64,000 nucleotides of DNA from NCBI RefSeq assembly GCF_009914755.1, contig NC_060947.1. One strand, given 5' to 3'. The notes beneath the pieces were generated by a model. That model did no database searches, was not told where the DNA came from, and saw only the letters and a program-made list of their open reading frames with translations. The stretch comes from the human T2T-CHM13v2.0 reference genome, Homo sapiens. The position numbers were made by a program, and so were the translations under genes. Of this stretch, positions 14,810-29,379 are shown piece by piece; positions within the stretch are counted from its first letter, which is position 1; every line of letters starts with the position of its first letter.

Positions 14810-15759
14810 TGTGTAATCGGAAAAAAACCAATTAACTTTTCTCCTACTATACTCTCAACACGCAATACTTTCAGCACACTTCAGTTCTGACACCACACTC
14901 AACAAAGAACATTTCTGCTAACCAAATGCATGAATTTTTTCTCATACTAAGCAATTCTTCAATACCAGCTGGGTGCTCCTAAAGTTTGACTCTATTCTGA
15001 CACTATCTACCTAGAGATAGTGTTCAGATCCCACAGGTTAAAGGCTCTGTCCCACAATTTTGCTCCCCACTTCATGCGCCAATTGCAAGTAGTGAATTCT
15101 CAGGTTACCCACAATTTCTGGCCAGCCTGGATACAAATTAGAGATTTCCACAACCCCCTTCTCAGGCTCAATCATTTGCTAGAGTGGCTCACAGAACTCA
15201 GAGAAACACTTTACTTACGTTTACTGATTCATTATAAAGGATACAGATGAACAGCTAGATAAAGTGATATATAGGTAAGGTATGTGCAATGGGGTGCAAA
15301 GTTTCTATGCCCTCTTCACCATGTCACCCTCTCAGCACTTCCATGTGTTCAGAAACCCAGAAGCTCTCCAAACCCCATAGTTTAGGGATTTTTACAGAAG
15401 CTTTATCACATACACATGATCAATTATTAAGTCAGTCCCTAGCCCCTCTCTCCTTCCTGGGAGATGGGGGATGAAGCTGGACTAGCCCTCTAATCACAGC
15501 TTGGTTTTTCTGGTGACCAGTTCCTATCCAGGTGTCAACCATGACTCACCTTATTAGAACAAAAGATACTCCTATCACCCTGGAAGTTCCAAGCGATTAG
15601 GAACTCTGTGTCAGGAACCAAGGTCAAAGACCAAGTATCAGAACAAAAGATGTAACTAGCACTCCTATTAGTCAGGAAATTACAGGGGTTTTGGAGCTCT
15701 ATTCCAGGAACTGGGGACACAGACGAAATATATATTTCTTATTATATCACAATACCACA
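14810..15759 (-). mobile_element. Complete MER21C-like ERVL solo LTR (950 bp)
   Basis: TG...CA termini flanked by a perfect 5-bp TSD ATCTC (14805-14809; 15760-15764). The end AAATATATATTTCTTATTATATCACAATACCACA is the reverse complement of the MER21C start. Confidence 0.85.
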
Positions 15760-16049
15760 ATCTCCTGTAAAGATCAGCTGAAAAATAAAATGTGGGTGTC
15801 AGCATGGTAATACATTTATAATACAAACATATATTTGTAGCTTTGATTCATGTCTCATCCTGACCTATGGCAATTGTCAGTGAGCTATAGCTGTCTAGTC
15901 ACAGCTTAGTGGACTGGCAAGGAGGGACTCTGATGGGCACAGGCCCACCTGATGGCTTGTGGGGCAAGGGGAGGGACCACATGTGTCGGGGCTTGTGAGG
16001 CTGGTCCTATTAGGTTTGTTCTTCTGTTCATTCAAGTGAATAAGACATG

Positions 16050-16800
16050 TGTCTCGCTCCTTCTACCCCTAGCTCTCACAGTCTACTCTCAGCACAGCAG
16101 CCAAAGAAATCCTGTTGAAACTGGAATTGGATCATAATCACTCCACTGATTCACACCCTCACTTGGGTCCTCATTTCACTCAAAGTAAAGGAAAATTATT
16201 CACAATAGCCTGCAAAGCCCTCCTTGATCTGACCCATTACCTGCTCTTACCTAGAACCCACCAGGCACATTTCTTCCTCAGGTGTTTGCATTTGCTCTCC
16301 TCACTGCCTGGAACTCTCTTCCCACAGATTTCTTTATGGTGCTTTCCCTCATCCTCTACAGGTCTCTGCTCAGAAGTCAGCTTCTCACTGAGGCTTACCC
16401 TGACCAGCACTTTTTATTTTGCACCCCCACACAGTTATATACCCAGTTCAATTCTTCTTTCTATATCTTATTTGTCTGATAGTCCTTTATTACTATCTAA
16501 CATTTTATAGTACTTTTTTCTTTGTTTATTGTTTGTCTTCCCTAGTAAAATGTAAAACTCCAAGAGAGCACTAATTTTTGCCTGGTGTGTGCTTTTCACT
16601 ACTCTAATCCAGGCCCCTGGACTATCAGTTGGAATATAGCCAAGGTGAGCATTCATACAGATTTGCCAGGACAGTTCCAGTTATGCCTATTGTTCTGGCA
16701 GGATTATTAATGACAGTCTCTTCACTGTCCCAAGTGTTTTTGCTTAATTTATGGTCACCCTACACAGAAGAAATGCTCGGTAAATATTTTTCAATTGAAA
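16050..16800 (+). mobile_element. L2 3' region with a MER94-like hAT MITE at about 16644-16761
   Basis: L2-like AAGCCCTCCTTGATCTG...TTTGCTCTCCTCACTGCCTGGAA. MITE TIR-like ends AAGGTGAGCAT / ATGGTCACCCT. Confidence 0.6.
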
Positions 16801-17285
16801 GACTGCTCCCTCAGGGGTAGAACTTTGTCTAGTTTGGTTCAGGCAAAGAGTCAGTACTAGGAAAGAAGCAAAATTCCTGCTGCTATGAAGGAGCCAAGAC
16901 TCAGAAATGGTAGTAGAGAAGAGCAGTTGGCATCTAAAAGGTGAGTCTTTGGACTGTAGTCCATCAATCTCTGACAATCAGGAGCAGAGTTCCAATCCTC
17001 AAGAAAGAGTACAGTGGAGTTGCTGCTCTTGCAAAAAGACTTAGGGACTAGAAGGTTGACTGGAGCAGAAATATAGAATAGCATCCAATGCAGAAATACA
17101 ACTTTTTAAGCTGGGGCTAAAGAGGGCAATAGCCAGATAATCACAAATTCAGTTAAAATCCCAGCTAATTGCCCAGCTAATTGTTAAGAATCCCAGGATT
17201 CATAAGACTTTACTCTCTTGAATAAACACTTTGAACCCATTACATATATTCAAATCATTCTTTTCTTAATGAATTCTGTGGCTCT

Positions 17286-18150
<865 letters not shown>

Positions 18151-18243
18151 TCCTCTTCAGTTTACCTAGTTACCCTTTTTTCCAAAACATGATTTTAAAT
18201 ATCTTTTAAAATGTATATTTCACTTTAATTTCTGTTATTCTCT

Positions 18244-18432
18244 GTATTAGTTTTCTATGACTGACCTAACAAATTCCCACAAATTTATCAGCTTTACAGT
18301 ATACAAATTTGCTATTTCACAGTCACGTAGGTCAAAAGTATGGGCTGGATCAGCAGGTTTCTATGCTCTTGGTCCCAGAAGGCTGAAATCAAGATCATGG
18401 CCAGCTTGGACACTTCTCTGGAGGCTCTGGGA
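18244..18432 (-). mobile_element. MLT1 LTR fragment
   Basis: TGTATTAGTTTTCTATGACTG...AACAAATTCCCACAAATTT is typical of a reverse MLT1 3' end. Confidence 0.65.
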
Positions 18433-18954
18433 GATCTGTCAATGTTTCCTTCATGGCCCAGGATGTGGAAGGTGCTATTACTGATTTGACAAGAAATGGC
18501 AAGTGCAGAACAAAATTAAGAGGCTAAACAGCAACCGTGAGCCCTCTCTACACAGTGAGCTTCTCCTTTGGCTGAATTTGGATGTGAAGCTGGCAATCTG
18601 TCCAACCAATCAGAGAGTGAATAAATTTATTGTGAGTGAATGTGGCAGGCATAGGGAAAGAAAGGGGTCAAGGACATGGTTGAACTCATACATGTGCCTG
18701 GCCTCTAAAAAGAATGAACTCCATTAGAGTCATACTATCTCTGCTCTTCCTGTAAATTGTGCTATAAAAAATTGACATATGCTGAGACCCCATCCTTAAA
18801 TACTAAGGTTGCATTCACTGTGACAGGGTGATTATTCATGAACATGTGATTAGATTGAAAAATATTGTATTAAACATCCCTAGATGAGCATCTTGTTGTT
18901 ACTATATTCTGTTTCCTTCAGTAGGAATAAGTTTGATTAAATGAAGGGCTTGGA

Positions 18955-21900
18955 GACTTGGGTGGAGCAAGATGGTAGAATAGAAGTTTCCACCAATCAT
19001 CCCCCCTGCAAGAACACCAATTTAACAACTACTACACAAGAAAAGGCACCTTCATAAGAACCAAAAATCTGGTGAGCACTCACAGTACTCTTTTTTTATC
19101 TTCACATCATTGAAAGAGGCACTGAAGAGGTAGGAAAACCTGTCTTAAACTGCCTATGCCACCCTTCCCCCATCCCCTAGCATTGACAGCATGGTACAGA
19201 AAGCATTTCTGTGTGCTAGGGAGAGAGAGAGCTTAGCAATTGTGAGGCATTGAACTTAGTGATGCCCTGTTATAGCAGAAAACAAAACTACATCAAACTC
19301 AGCTAATGCCTGGCATTTAAAGGACCATTTAAACCAGACTTAGCTAGAAGGGAATCACTGATCCTAGTGGTTCAAACATGAGTTCCTGCAAGCCTCCTGA
19401 CCACAGGCAAAAGTGCCCTGGGTCCCTAAATAAACCCGAAGGCACTCTAGGCCACAAGGACTACAACTCCTATGTGAGTCCTAGTACTGAACTGGGCCCA
19501 GAGCCAGTGGATTTGTGGGGGGCACACAACCTACTGAGACACCAGCCAGGGTGGCTAAGAGACTGTTGGCATCACCCCTCCCCTAACTCCAGGCTTCACA
19601 GCTCATGGCTCCAAAAGAGACCTTTTCCTTGTGTTTGAGGAGAAGAAAAGGAAGAGGGGGAAGGACCTTGTCTTACATCTTGAATACCAGCCCAACCACA
19701 GAAAGATAAGGCACTGAGCAGAGTCGTGAGGTCCCTGTTCCAGTTCCTAGTTCCTGGACACCCCTTCCGGCCCAGGTGTGTCTAGAAATGTCTTGAAGGA
19801 AAAGACCCAGTCCTGGCAGGATTCATCATGTTAACTGAAGAGCCCTTGGACCCTGAATAACCAGCAGCAATACCCAGATACTACTTTGAGGGCCTTGGGT
19901 GAGACTTTGAGACTTGCTGGCTTCAGGTGAGACTCAGCACATTCCCAGCTGTGGTGGCTATGTGATGAGACTACTTCTGCCTGAGAAAAATGGATGGAAA
20001 AGTAAATTGGACTTTGTCTTGCATTTTAGGTATCAGCCACAAGGGAGGTAGAGTACTAAACAGGCTTTGGGGGCACCAATTCCAGGATTTGGCTCTTGGA
20101 TGGCATTTCTGCACCTGCCCTGGCCCAGATAGGAGCCCGCTTTCCTGAAGGGTGAGTCCTAGGCCAGGCAGCATTCACCACAACCTGACTGAAGAGCTCT
20201 TGCACCCTAAAGGAAAAAACATTGGCAGTAGTCTGGCAGTACTTCCTGTGGGCCTGTGGTTTTGGTGGTCTCAGGATGAGGCTTCACTGCCTTTGGAAAG
20301 GGGAAGGAAGAGTGGCAAGGACTGCATCTTGTGGTTTGAGTGCCATCTCAGCTGTAGCACAATAGATCACCAGGTAAATATCTAAGGTTTTCACTCTAGT
20401 CCCTGGCTCTAAGACATCACCTCTGGACCTGCCTGGGGCTTGAGGGAGCTAGCCACCCTGAAAGGAAGGACACAGGCCTATCTGGCTGTGACACCTGCTG
20501 ATCGTAGAGCCCCAGGGCCTTGAGCAAACATAGGAAGTAGCCAGGCAGTGGTTATACAAGGCCTTGGGCAAGACCCAGTACTGTGCTGTCTGACCGAGTG
20601 CAGTCTGCGTGGTGGTGGCTACAGGGGTTCTTGTGTCACTCCACTCACAGCTCCAGGTGGTTCAGAACAGAGAGAGAGAGAGAGATGCCATTTGTTTGAA
20701 AGAAAGCAAGGGAAGAGAACAAAAGTCTTTTCCGGGTCATCCAGGAATTTGTCAAGATCTTGTCTGAAATCATCAAGGCAGTACCTCGATGAGTCTGCAA
20801 GAAACACAGCATTACAGGACTTGGAGTGCCCCCTAAAGTAGATACAGCTTAGATCACAACACCTAAGCCCTTCTGAATATCTAGAAAGCCTTCCCAAGAA
20901 GGAAAGGTACAAAGAAGTAGAGACTAGAAAGTCTACAATAAATACCTAACTCTTCAATGCCCAGACACTGAAGAACATCTACAAGTATCAGAATCATGCA
21001 GGAAAACATATTCTCATCAAATGATCTAAATAAGGCACCAGGGACCAATCCTCAAAAAACAGAGATATATGACCTTTCAGACAGAGAATTAAAAATAGCC
21101 ATTTTCAAGAAACTCAAACAAATTCAAGATAACACAGAGAAGAAATTCAGAATGCTGACAGACAAATTTAACAAAAAGGTCAAAATAAAAAGAATCAAGC
21201 AGAAATTCTGGAGCTGAAAAATGCAATTGGCATACTGAAGAATCTGAGCCTTTTAAAAGAAGAATTGATTAAACCAAAGAAATAATTAGTGAGCTTGAAG
21301 ATAAGCTATTTGAAAATACAGTCAGAGGAGACAAAAGAAAAAAAGAATAAAAAACAACGAAGCATGTCTACAACATCTAGTAAATAACTGAGCAAACTTA
21401 ACATTTATTGGCCATAAAGAGGAGACAGAGAAAAAGACAGGGGTAGAAAGTTCATTCAAAGGGATAATAGAGAACTTCCCAAACCTAGAGAAAGATATCT
21501 GTATCCAAGAATAAGAAGACAATAGAACACCAAGCAGATTTACCTCAATAAAAAGACTACCTCAATGCATTTAACAATCAAGCTCCCAAATGTCAAAGAT
21601 AAAGAAAGAGTCCTAAAAGCAGCAAGAGAAAAGAAACAAATAAGATACAATGGCGCTCCAGTACATCTGGCAGCAGACTTTTCAGTGGACACCTTACAGG
21701 CCAGGAGAGGGTAGCATAACATGTTTAAAGTACTGAAGGAAAACAAAAAAAACTTTTACCCTAAAATAGTGTATCTGCTGAAAATATCCTTCAAACATGA
21801 AGGAGAAATAAAGACTTTCTCAGACAAACAAAAGTTGAGGGATTTCATCAACACCAGACCTGTCCTACAAGAAATGCTAAAGTGAGTACTCCAGTCAAAA

Positions 21901-24900
21901 ACAAAAGGATGTTAATGAGCAATAAGAAATCCTCTGAAGGTACAAAACTCACTGGTAATAGTAAGCACACAGAAAAACACAAATTAATATAACACTGCAA
22001 CTTTGGTGTGTAAACTACTCTTATCTTAAGTAGAAATTCTAAATAAAGAACCAATCAAAAATAGTAACTACAAAACTTTTCAAGACATAGACAGTACAAT
22101 AAGATATAAATAGAAACAACAAAAAGTTAAAAAGTGGAGGGGCAAAGTTAAGGGATAGAGTCTTTATTAATTCTCTTTTGCTTGTTTGTTTATGCAGACT
22201 GTGTTGTTATTAGCTTAAAGTAATGAGTTATAAGATAGTATTTGGAAGCCCCATGGCAATCTCAATGCAAATAACACGAAACAAATACACACAAAATAAA
22301 AAGCAAGAAAGTAAGTCATATCACCAAAGCAAATGACCTTCACTAAAAGGAATACAGGGAGGAAAAAAAGGAGGAAGAGAAAATCACAAAACAAGCAGAA
22401 GATAACACTCCATGTCAATGGACTAAACTCCCCAATAGAAAGACATAGAGTGGCTGAATGGATAAAAAAGGCCCATTGATTGGTTGCCTACAAGAAGTAC
22501 ACCTCACCTATAAAAACACACATAGACTAAAAATAAAGGGTTGGAAAAAGTTATACCATGGCAAAAGAAACCAAAAAAAGAGAAGGAGTAGCTATACTTA
22601 TATCAGGCAAAATAAATTTTAAGACAAAAACTATAGAAAGAGACAAAGAAGGTCACTATATAGTGATAAAGGGGCCAACTCAGCAAGAGGATATAACAAT
22701 TTTAAATATATATACACCTAACACTGGAGCTCCCATATATATAAAGCAAATACTATTAGTGCTAAAGAGACAGATAGACTGTAATACCATAATGTCTAGA
22801 GATTTCAACACCCAACTTTCCACTTTGGAGAGATATCCCAGCCAGAAGAAAATCAACAAAGAAACATCAGACTTAATCTGCACTATAGATCAAATAGACC
22901 TAATACATATTTATAGAACATTTCATCCAAGAGCTGCAAAGTACGCATTCTTCTCAGCACATGAATCATTCGCAAGGATAGACCATATGTTAGGTCACAA
23001 AACAAGTCTTAAAACATTCAAGAAATTGAAATAATACTAAGCATCTCTGATCACAATGGAAAAAAACTAGAAATCAATAACAAGAGGAATTTTGGACACT
23101 ATACACATATATGGAAAGTAAACAATATGCTTTTGAAAGACGAGTGGGTCAATGAAGAAACTAAGAAGGAAATTGAAAAATTTTCTGAAACACATCATAA
23201 TGGAAATACAATATAACAAAACTTATGGAATATAGCAAAAGCAGTACTAAGAAGGAATTTTATGGCTAAAAGTGCCTACTTCAAAAAAGAAGAAAAACTT
23301 CAAAGAAAAAACTGGGTGATGCATCTTAAAAAATGATAAAAGCAAGAGCAAACCAAACCCAAAATTAGTAGAAGAAAAGAAATAAGAAAAAAAGGAGCAG
23401 AAATAAATGAACTTGAAATGAAAACAATACAAAAGATCAAGTAAACAAAAAATTGGTTTTTTAAAAAAACTAAATAAAATTGACAAACTGTTAACCAAAC
23501 AAACTAAGAAAAACAGAGAGAAGATCCAAATAATTAACATCAGATATGAAAAAGGAGACATTACAACTGATACCACAGAAATTCAAAGTATCATTAGTGG
23601 CTACTATGAGCAACTATATGCCAATAAATTGGCATATCTAGAAGAAATGGACCAATTCCTAGACAGATACAACCTACCAAGATTAAACCATGGAGAAATT
23701 TTTTAAAAATGTACACACCAATAACAATTAACAAGGTCGAAGCCATAATAAAAAGTTCTTTAGTAAAGAAAAGCCTGGGCTCAAATGCTTCATTGCTGAA
23801 TTCTATCAAACATTTAAAGAAGAATTAATACCAATGCTACTCAAACTATTCCAAAAAATAGAGGAGGAGGGAATACTTCCAAACTCATTCTATTAGGCCA
23901 ATATAACCATGATACCAAAACCAGACAAAGATACAACAAAAAACAGAAACTACAGGCCAGTATATCTGATGAATATTGATGCAAGAATCTGCAACAAAAT
24001 ACTAGCAATCCAATTTCAACGATACATTAAAAAGATCATTCATCATGACCAAGTGGGATTTATCCCTGGGATACAAGGATGGTTCAGCCTACACAAATGA
24101 ATCATATCAACAGAATAAAGGACAAATCCATATGTTTGTTTCAATGAATGTGGAAAAGCATGTGATAAGATTCAACATTCCTTCACAATAAAAACCCTAA
24201 AAAAAATTGGGTATGGGAGGAACATACCTCCACATAATGAAAGCCATATACAACAGACCCACAGCTAGTATCATACTGCATGGGGAAATACTGAAAGCTT
24301 TTCCTCTATGTTCTGGTACATGACAAGAATGCCAACTTTCACCATTGTTATTCAACGTAATACTGGAAGTCCCATGAGATTCAATCTACCAGATTGCTCT
24401 AGAACAATCAGAGAAGAGAAAGAAATAAAGGGCACCCAAATTGGAAAAGAAGAAATTAAATTATCCTTGTTTGCAGATGATATGATCTTATATTTGGAAA
24501 AACCTAAAAACTCCACCAAAAAACTACTAGAACTGATAAATCAATTCAGTAAAGTTGCAGGATACAAAATCAACATACAAAAATCAATAGCATTTGTATA
24601 TGCCAACAGTGAACAATCTGAAAAAGAAATAAAAAATGTAATCCCATTTACAACAACCACAAATAAAATTAAGTACCTAGGAATTAACCAAAGAAGTGAA
24701 ATATCTCTATAATGAAAATTATAAAACACTGATTAAAGACATTGAAGAGGATGTACAAAAAATGAAAAGATACCCCATGTTCATGGATTGGAAGAATCAA
24801 TATTGTTAAAATGTCTATACTACCCAAAGCAACCTACAACTTTAATGCAATCCTTAACAAAATACCAATGGCATTCTTCACAGAAATAGTAAAAGCAATC

Positions 24901-26557
24901 CTAAAATTTATATAAAGCCACAAAAGGCCCAGAATAGTCAAAGTTATCCAAGCAAAAAGAACAAAACTGGAGGAATCATATTACCTGATGTCAAATTATT
25001 CTACAGAGCTATAGTAAACAACACAGCATGGTGCTGGCATAAAAACAGATACATAGACCAATTGAACACAATAGAGAATACAAAAACAAATTCACACACC
25101 TAAAATAAACTCATTTTAGACAAGGATGCCAAGAACATGTATTGGGGAAAAGTTAGTCTCTTCAATAAATGGTGCAGGCACAACTGGATATATCCATATA
25201 TAGAAGAATGAAAATAGATTCCTATCTCTCACCGTACACAAAAATCAAATCAAAATGGATTAAAAACTTAATTCTAAGACCCAAACCATGAACCTACTAC
25301 AATAAAACATTGGGGAAACTCTCCAGGACACTGGTCTGGGCAAAAACTTCTTGAGTAATACCCCACGAGCACAGGCAACCAATGCAAAAATGGACAAACG
25401 GGATCGCATCAAGTTTAAAAACTTTACACACTAAAGGAAACCATCAACAAAGTAAAGAGACAACCAACTGAATGAGATAATACATTTCCAACTACCCATC
25501 TGACAAGGGATTAATAACCAGAATACATAAGGAGCTCAAACAACTCTGTAGGAAAAAAAAGCTAATAATCTGATTTTTTTAATAGGCAAAAGTTTTGAAT
25601 AGACATTTCTCAAAAGAAGGCATACAAATGGCAAACAGGCATACGAAAAGGTGTTCAACATTATTGATCATCAGAGAAATGCAAATCAAAACTACAATAA
25701 GATATCATCTCACCCCCGTTAAAATGGCTTATATCCAAAAGACAGGCAATAGCAAATGCTGGGAAGAATGTGGAGAACAGGGAACCCTCGTACACTGTTG
25801 GTGGGAATGTAAATTAGTACAACCACTATGGAGAACACTTTAGAACTTCCTCCAAAAGCTAAAAGTAGAGCTGCCATATGATACAACAATCCCACTGCTG
25901 GGTATGTACCCAGAAGAAAGGAAAACAGTATGTTGAGAAGACATCTGCACATTCATGTTTGTTGCAGCACTATTTACAATAGCCAAAATTTCGAAGCAAC
26001 CTAAGTGTCTTTCAACAGTTGAACGGATAAAGAAAATGCGGTACTTATACACAATAGAGTAATATTTAGCCATAAAAAGTAACAAGAGCCTGTCATTTGC
26101 AACAACATAGATGGACCTGGAGGTCATTATGCTAAGTGAAAAAAGCCAGGCACAGAAAGGCAAACTTTGCATGTTCTCACTTATTTGTGTCACCTAAAAA
26201 TCAAAACAATTGAACTCACGGAGACAGACAATAGAAGGATGTTTATCAGGTTGGGAAGGGTAGTGAGGGGGTGAGGATGAGATGGGGATGGTTAATCAGT
26301 GCAAAGAAATAGAAGAATGAATAAGACCTATTGTTTGATAGTATAACAGGGTGACTATAGTCAATAATAATTTAATTGTACATTTAAAATGACTAAAAGA
26401 GTATAATTGGATTGTTTTTAACACAAAGAATAAATGCTTGAGGGGTTGGATACCCCATTTTGCATTACATGATTATTACACATTGCATGCCTGTATCAAA
26501 ACATCTCATGTACCTCATAAATATATATACCCTCTATGTACACACAAAAATTAAAAT
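18955..26557 (+). mobile_element. Near full-length (about 7.6 kb) L1MA1/2-like element with 5' UTR, ORF1, ORF2 and 3' UTR
   Basis: 5' GGAGCAAGATGG start, about 2-kb UTR, ORF1 remnants (20996-21217), EN fragment (22558-23034), RT fragment LFADDMILY (24308-24712), Cys-rich fragment (25595-25843) and an L1MA 3' end. Confidence 0.92.
22410..26190 (+). pseudogene. Disrupted L1MA ORF2
   Basis: ORF-track fragments with APE endonuclease (GVAILISGKINFK..., RIDHMLG) and RT motifs, broken by many stops and frameshifts. Confidence 0.9.
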
Positions 26558-28324
26558 TTATAAAGGCTCAATAATTTAGATCCACTTTTTTTTTTAGAAT
26601 GAACCTTTTTAATGCCCTGCTTGATTTTTGTTATCCAACCTTTACTCATGGTAATTTTATGAGAAACCATGGCAGTATTTACTTGAATAACAGTGACCCA
26701 TATACTAAAAATGAATTACTTTAGAAATTGCTATTTTGGGAACAAAACTCTCTAGCATTCTCTTCAGAAATCTAGAATTATTCTCACCAGAACATGTCTC
26801 TAATCTCATTTTTAATCAGAGTCAGTCACTGGTATAACACAACATAAAACTGTCATTTATAAAGTAAAAATTGCAGACAAAATAATTTTATTTATATATA
26901 TAAATATATAGATACAGGTATCCATATACAGACAGTGCCTGTTTTCTATGTAATTATAGTATTCTGATCAGAGTTTGTTTTCATGTGAACACAAGTCCTT
27001 TCACTTACTCTGGATCTAAGGATAGATCAGATCATTTCCCTGTCTACATTCCTGGAATAGATAGGAGAAGATGCCACAAATTTAATATTTATTTGAAATA
27101 ACATTTATCTAAAATAATTCTCTCAGGTACTTATCTCCCCTTACCCAGCTATCTAACTACTTGTAGGTTTGGAGGTGAGGAAGTGAAAGGTAGCACAGGG
27201 GAAGCATAATTGTTATTTGCTTGAAGGCTTATATAGTTATCTTCTCTTCTTTTTCTGATAAATGCCACATCACAAATTCATCATTTCATTTCGAGTGGTG
27301 CTATGCACATGGTTGTATTGTTGTAAAGTTGCTGCTGGTCCTGCTAGATTGTTTTACATTGAAGTGGAGAGGGGGGAAAAGAAGACAAGGAGATGAGGAG
27401 TACATTCTGAACCTTTTATAGGATATTTATACACCTTAAATTCAGAAGGATGATATTTCATCAAATTTTTTCAGTGGCCTTTTTTCTATGTATAAACATC
27501 CCATAATGTTTGCTTACATATTGATTTAGTTATAGTGAACTTTGTTTCATGCCATTAAACTGTTACATGTTGAAATAATCAGGGTAAATAAAGTATATCA
27601 ATGCCATTTTCATTATTTGTCTAACTCGATTTTATATGTGTTTCTATGATAGAGAAGATTCATTATGAAAGTTAAGATCTTGGTTCTGTGGTATTCTCTT
27701 TTGCCTGCATTATACCAGGTATAGGCTGCATCTGCAGCTTGGGTCCTACTGTATGGACAAAAGGGAGTAAAACACAATCTTCTCGAAAGGATCATGTTTA
27801 AACACAAACAGTATAATACCTTTCTTGTACACCGCTGAGATTTCAAGATTGTTATGGCAGTATGTACTAGACTAATCTCACCATTTACTTTATAAACCAT
27901 TTTTTTTGTAAATGAAATTGTGTTTTCATTTACTACATTTGCGTTTTAAAAAATCCAATAAAAATATTTTACTGCTGCAATACATAGTCTACCTAGTTTA
28001 TATTCTGGATAAAACCAAGTTTATATATAAGACATAGTTAAACTGCAGTGTACTTATTCTAACACAGTCTGTAATGCTCAGTAATAATATTTGGATCCAG
28101 TCTTAACTCCAGTTACTAAAATGAATATTTGAAAAATTATTTTATTTTTTTCTTTTTTTGTTTTGACTTTAATTTGACTTGACATTAATAAATGTAGTTT
28201 CAAATACTGAATAAAAGTCCTCTCATAGACACTTTGATGGGTACATTAAATCTTTGAAGCCATACTCAAAAAATCGTAAACATTTATAAACTGTTGTTTC
28301 AAAACAAATAATTAAAAGTATTTG

Positions 28325-28830
28325 ATATATACACAATGGAATATTATTCAGCCATAAAATTAAAGAATTAAATCCTGTCATTTGCAGCAACATGGATTGA
28401 ACTGGAAGTCATTATGTTAAGTGAAATAAGCCAGGCACAGAAAGAAAAATATTGCATGTTCTCTCCTACTTTGTGAAAACTAAAAAAGTGGATCTTATCC
28501 AAGTAGAGGGTAGAACATTGGTTACCAGAAGCTAGGAAAAGAAGGAGGAAGGGGGGGGGCATGAAAAGAAGTTAATGAAGGGATACAAAAATATAGTTAG
28601 AAGGAATAAGTTCTAGTATTTGATATTATAGTAGGGAAATCATAGTTTATAATAATTTATTATATATTTCAAAATAGCTAGAAGATTTGTAATATTCCCA
28701 ACACAAAGAAAAGATAAATGTTTGAGGTATAATGGTTATCCCAATTACCATGATTTGATTATTACCCATTGTGTACAGGTATCCAAATATCACATGAACC
28801 CTAAAAATATACATACCTAATATATATTTA
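28325..28830 (+). mobile_element. L1MA (older, about MA4-MA8) 3' end fragment
   Basis: ACACAATGGAATATTATTCAGCCATAAAA...ATCCTGTCATTTGCAGCAACATGG...CACATGAACCCTAAAAATATA. Confidence 0.85.
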
Positions 28831-29379
28831 TATATATATGAATTTGATAGTTAGCAGTATAAAAAGCAGGAATAAACCTGAAATGAATCATTTCAACCCT
28901 GACTGCAAATGATATAAATTTGATTTTTTTAGTCTTTAATATTTACACAACTAGTACAGTTTTCCAAAACCATTATCATAAGCAGAATGACCTAATTTTC
29001 AGATATTTCTGTCGTCTAAGAGAGAACTGCATATAAAGGCCAGCTTCATTCCCACTTCAGGAAAATCGATAAGTAGAATTTTTTTCCTGAGTTGTTTGTA
29101 TCATCTGAAATTCATAAATATATAATTCCTAATGTACATTTTTCTATAATGCATTTTGTTCCAGGTATTCAATGTGTGTGTACATATATTTGTATTGCTT
29201 TAATTCAAAGTAACCCCTCAAAAATGTACTTTGACTAGCAAGTATGTTTTTGAGAAAGTCTATAAAGTTTACTGGGTTGCAAGCATGGATTATAGATTTT
29301 ATTTTAATTAATATGGATAGTACCAGCTATACAATGCAATGTTTGTATTTAAAGCCAACTCTGACTCATCCGTGGTCAT

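Noticed and set aside
15555-15730. Internal duplication AGAACAAAAGAT...CAGGAAC in the LTR
   Set aside because: As far as I recall this is intrinsic to the MER21C consensus.
17160-17183. 12-nt tandem duplication CCCAGCTAATTG x2
   Set aside because: A common micro-duplication with no further structure.
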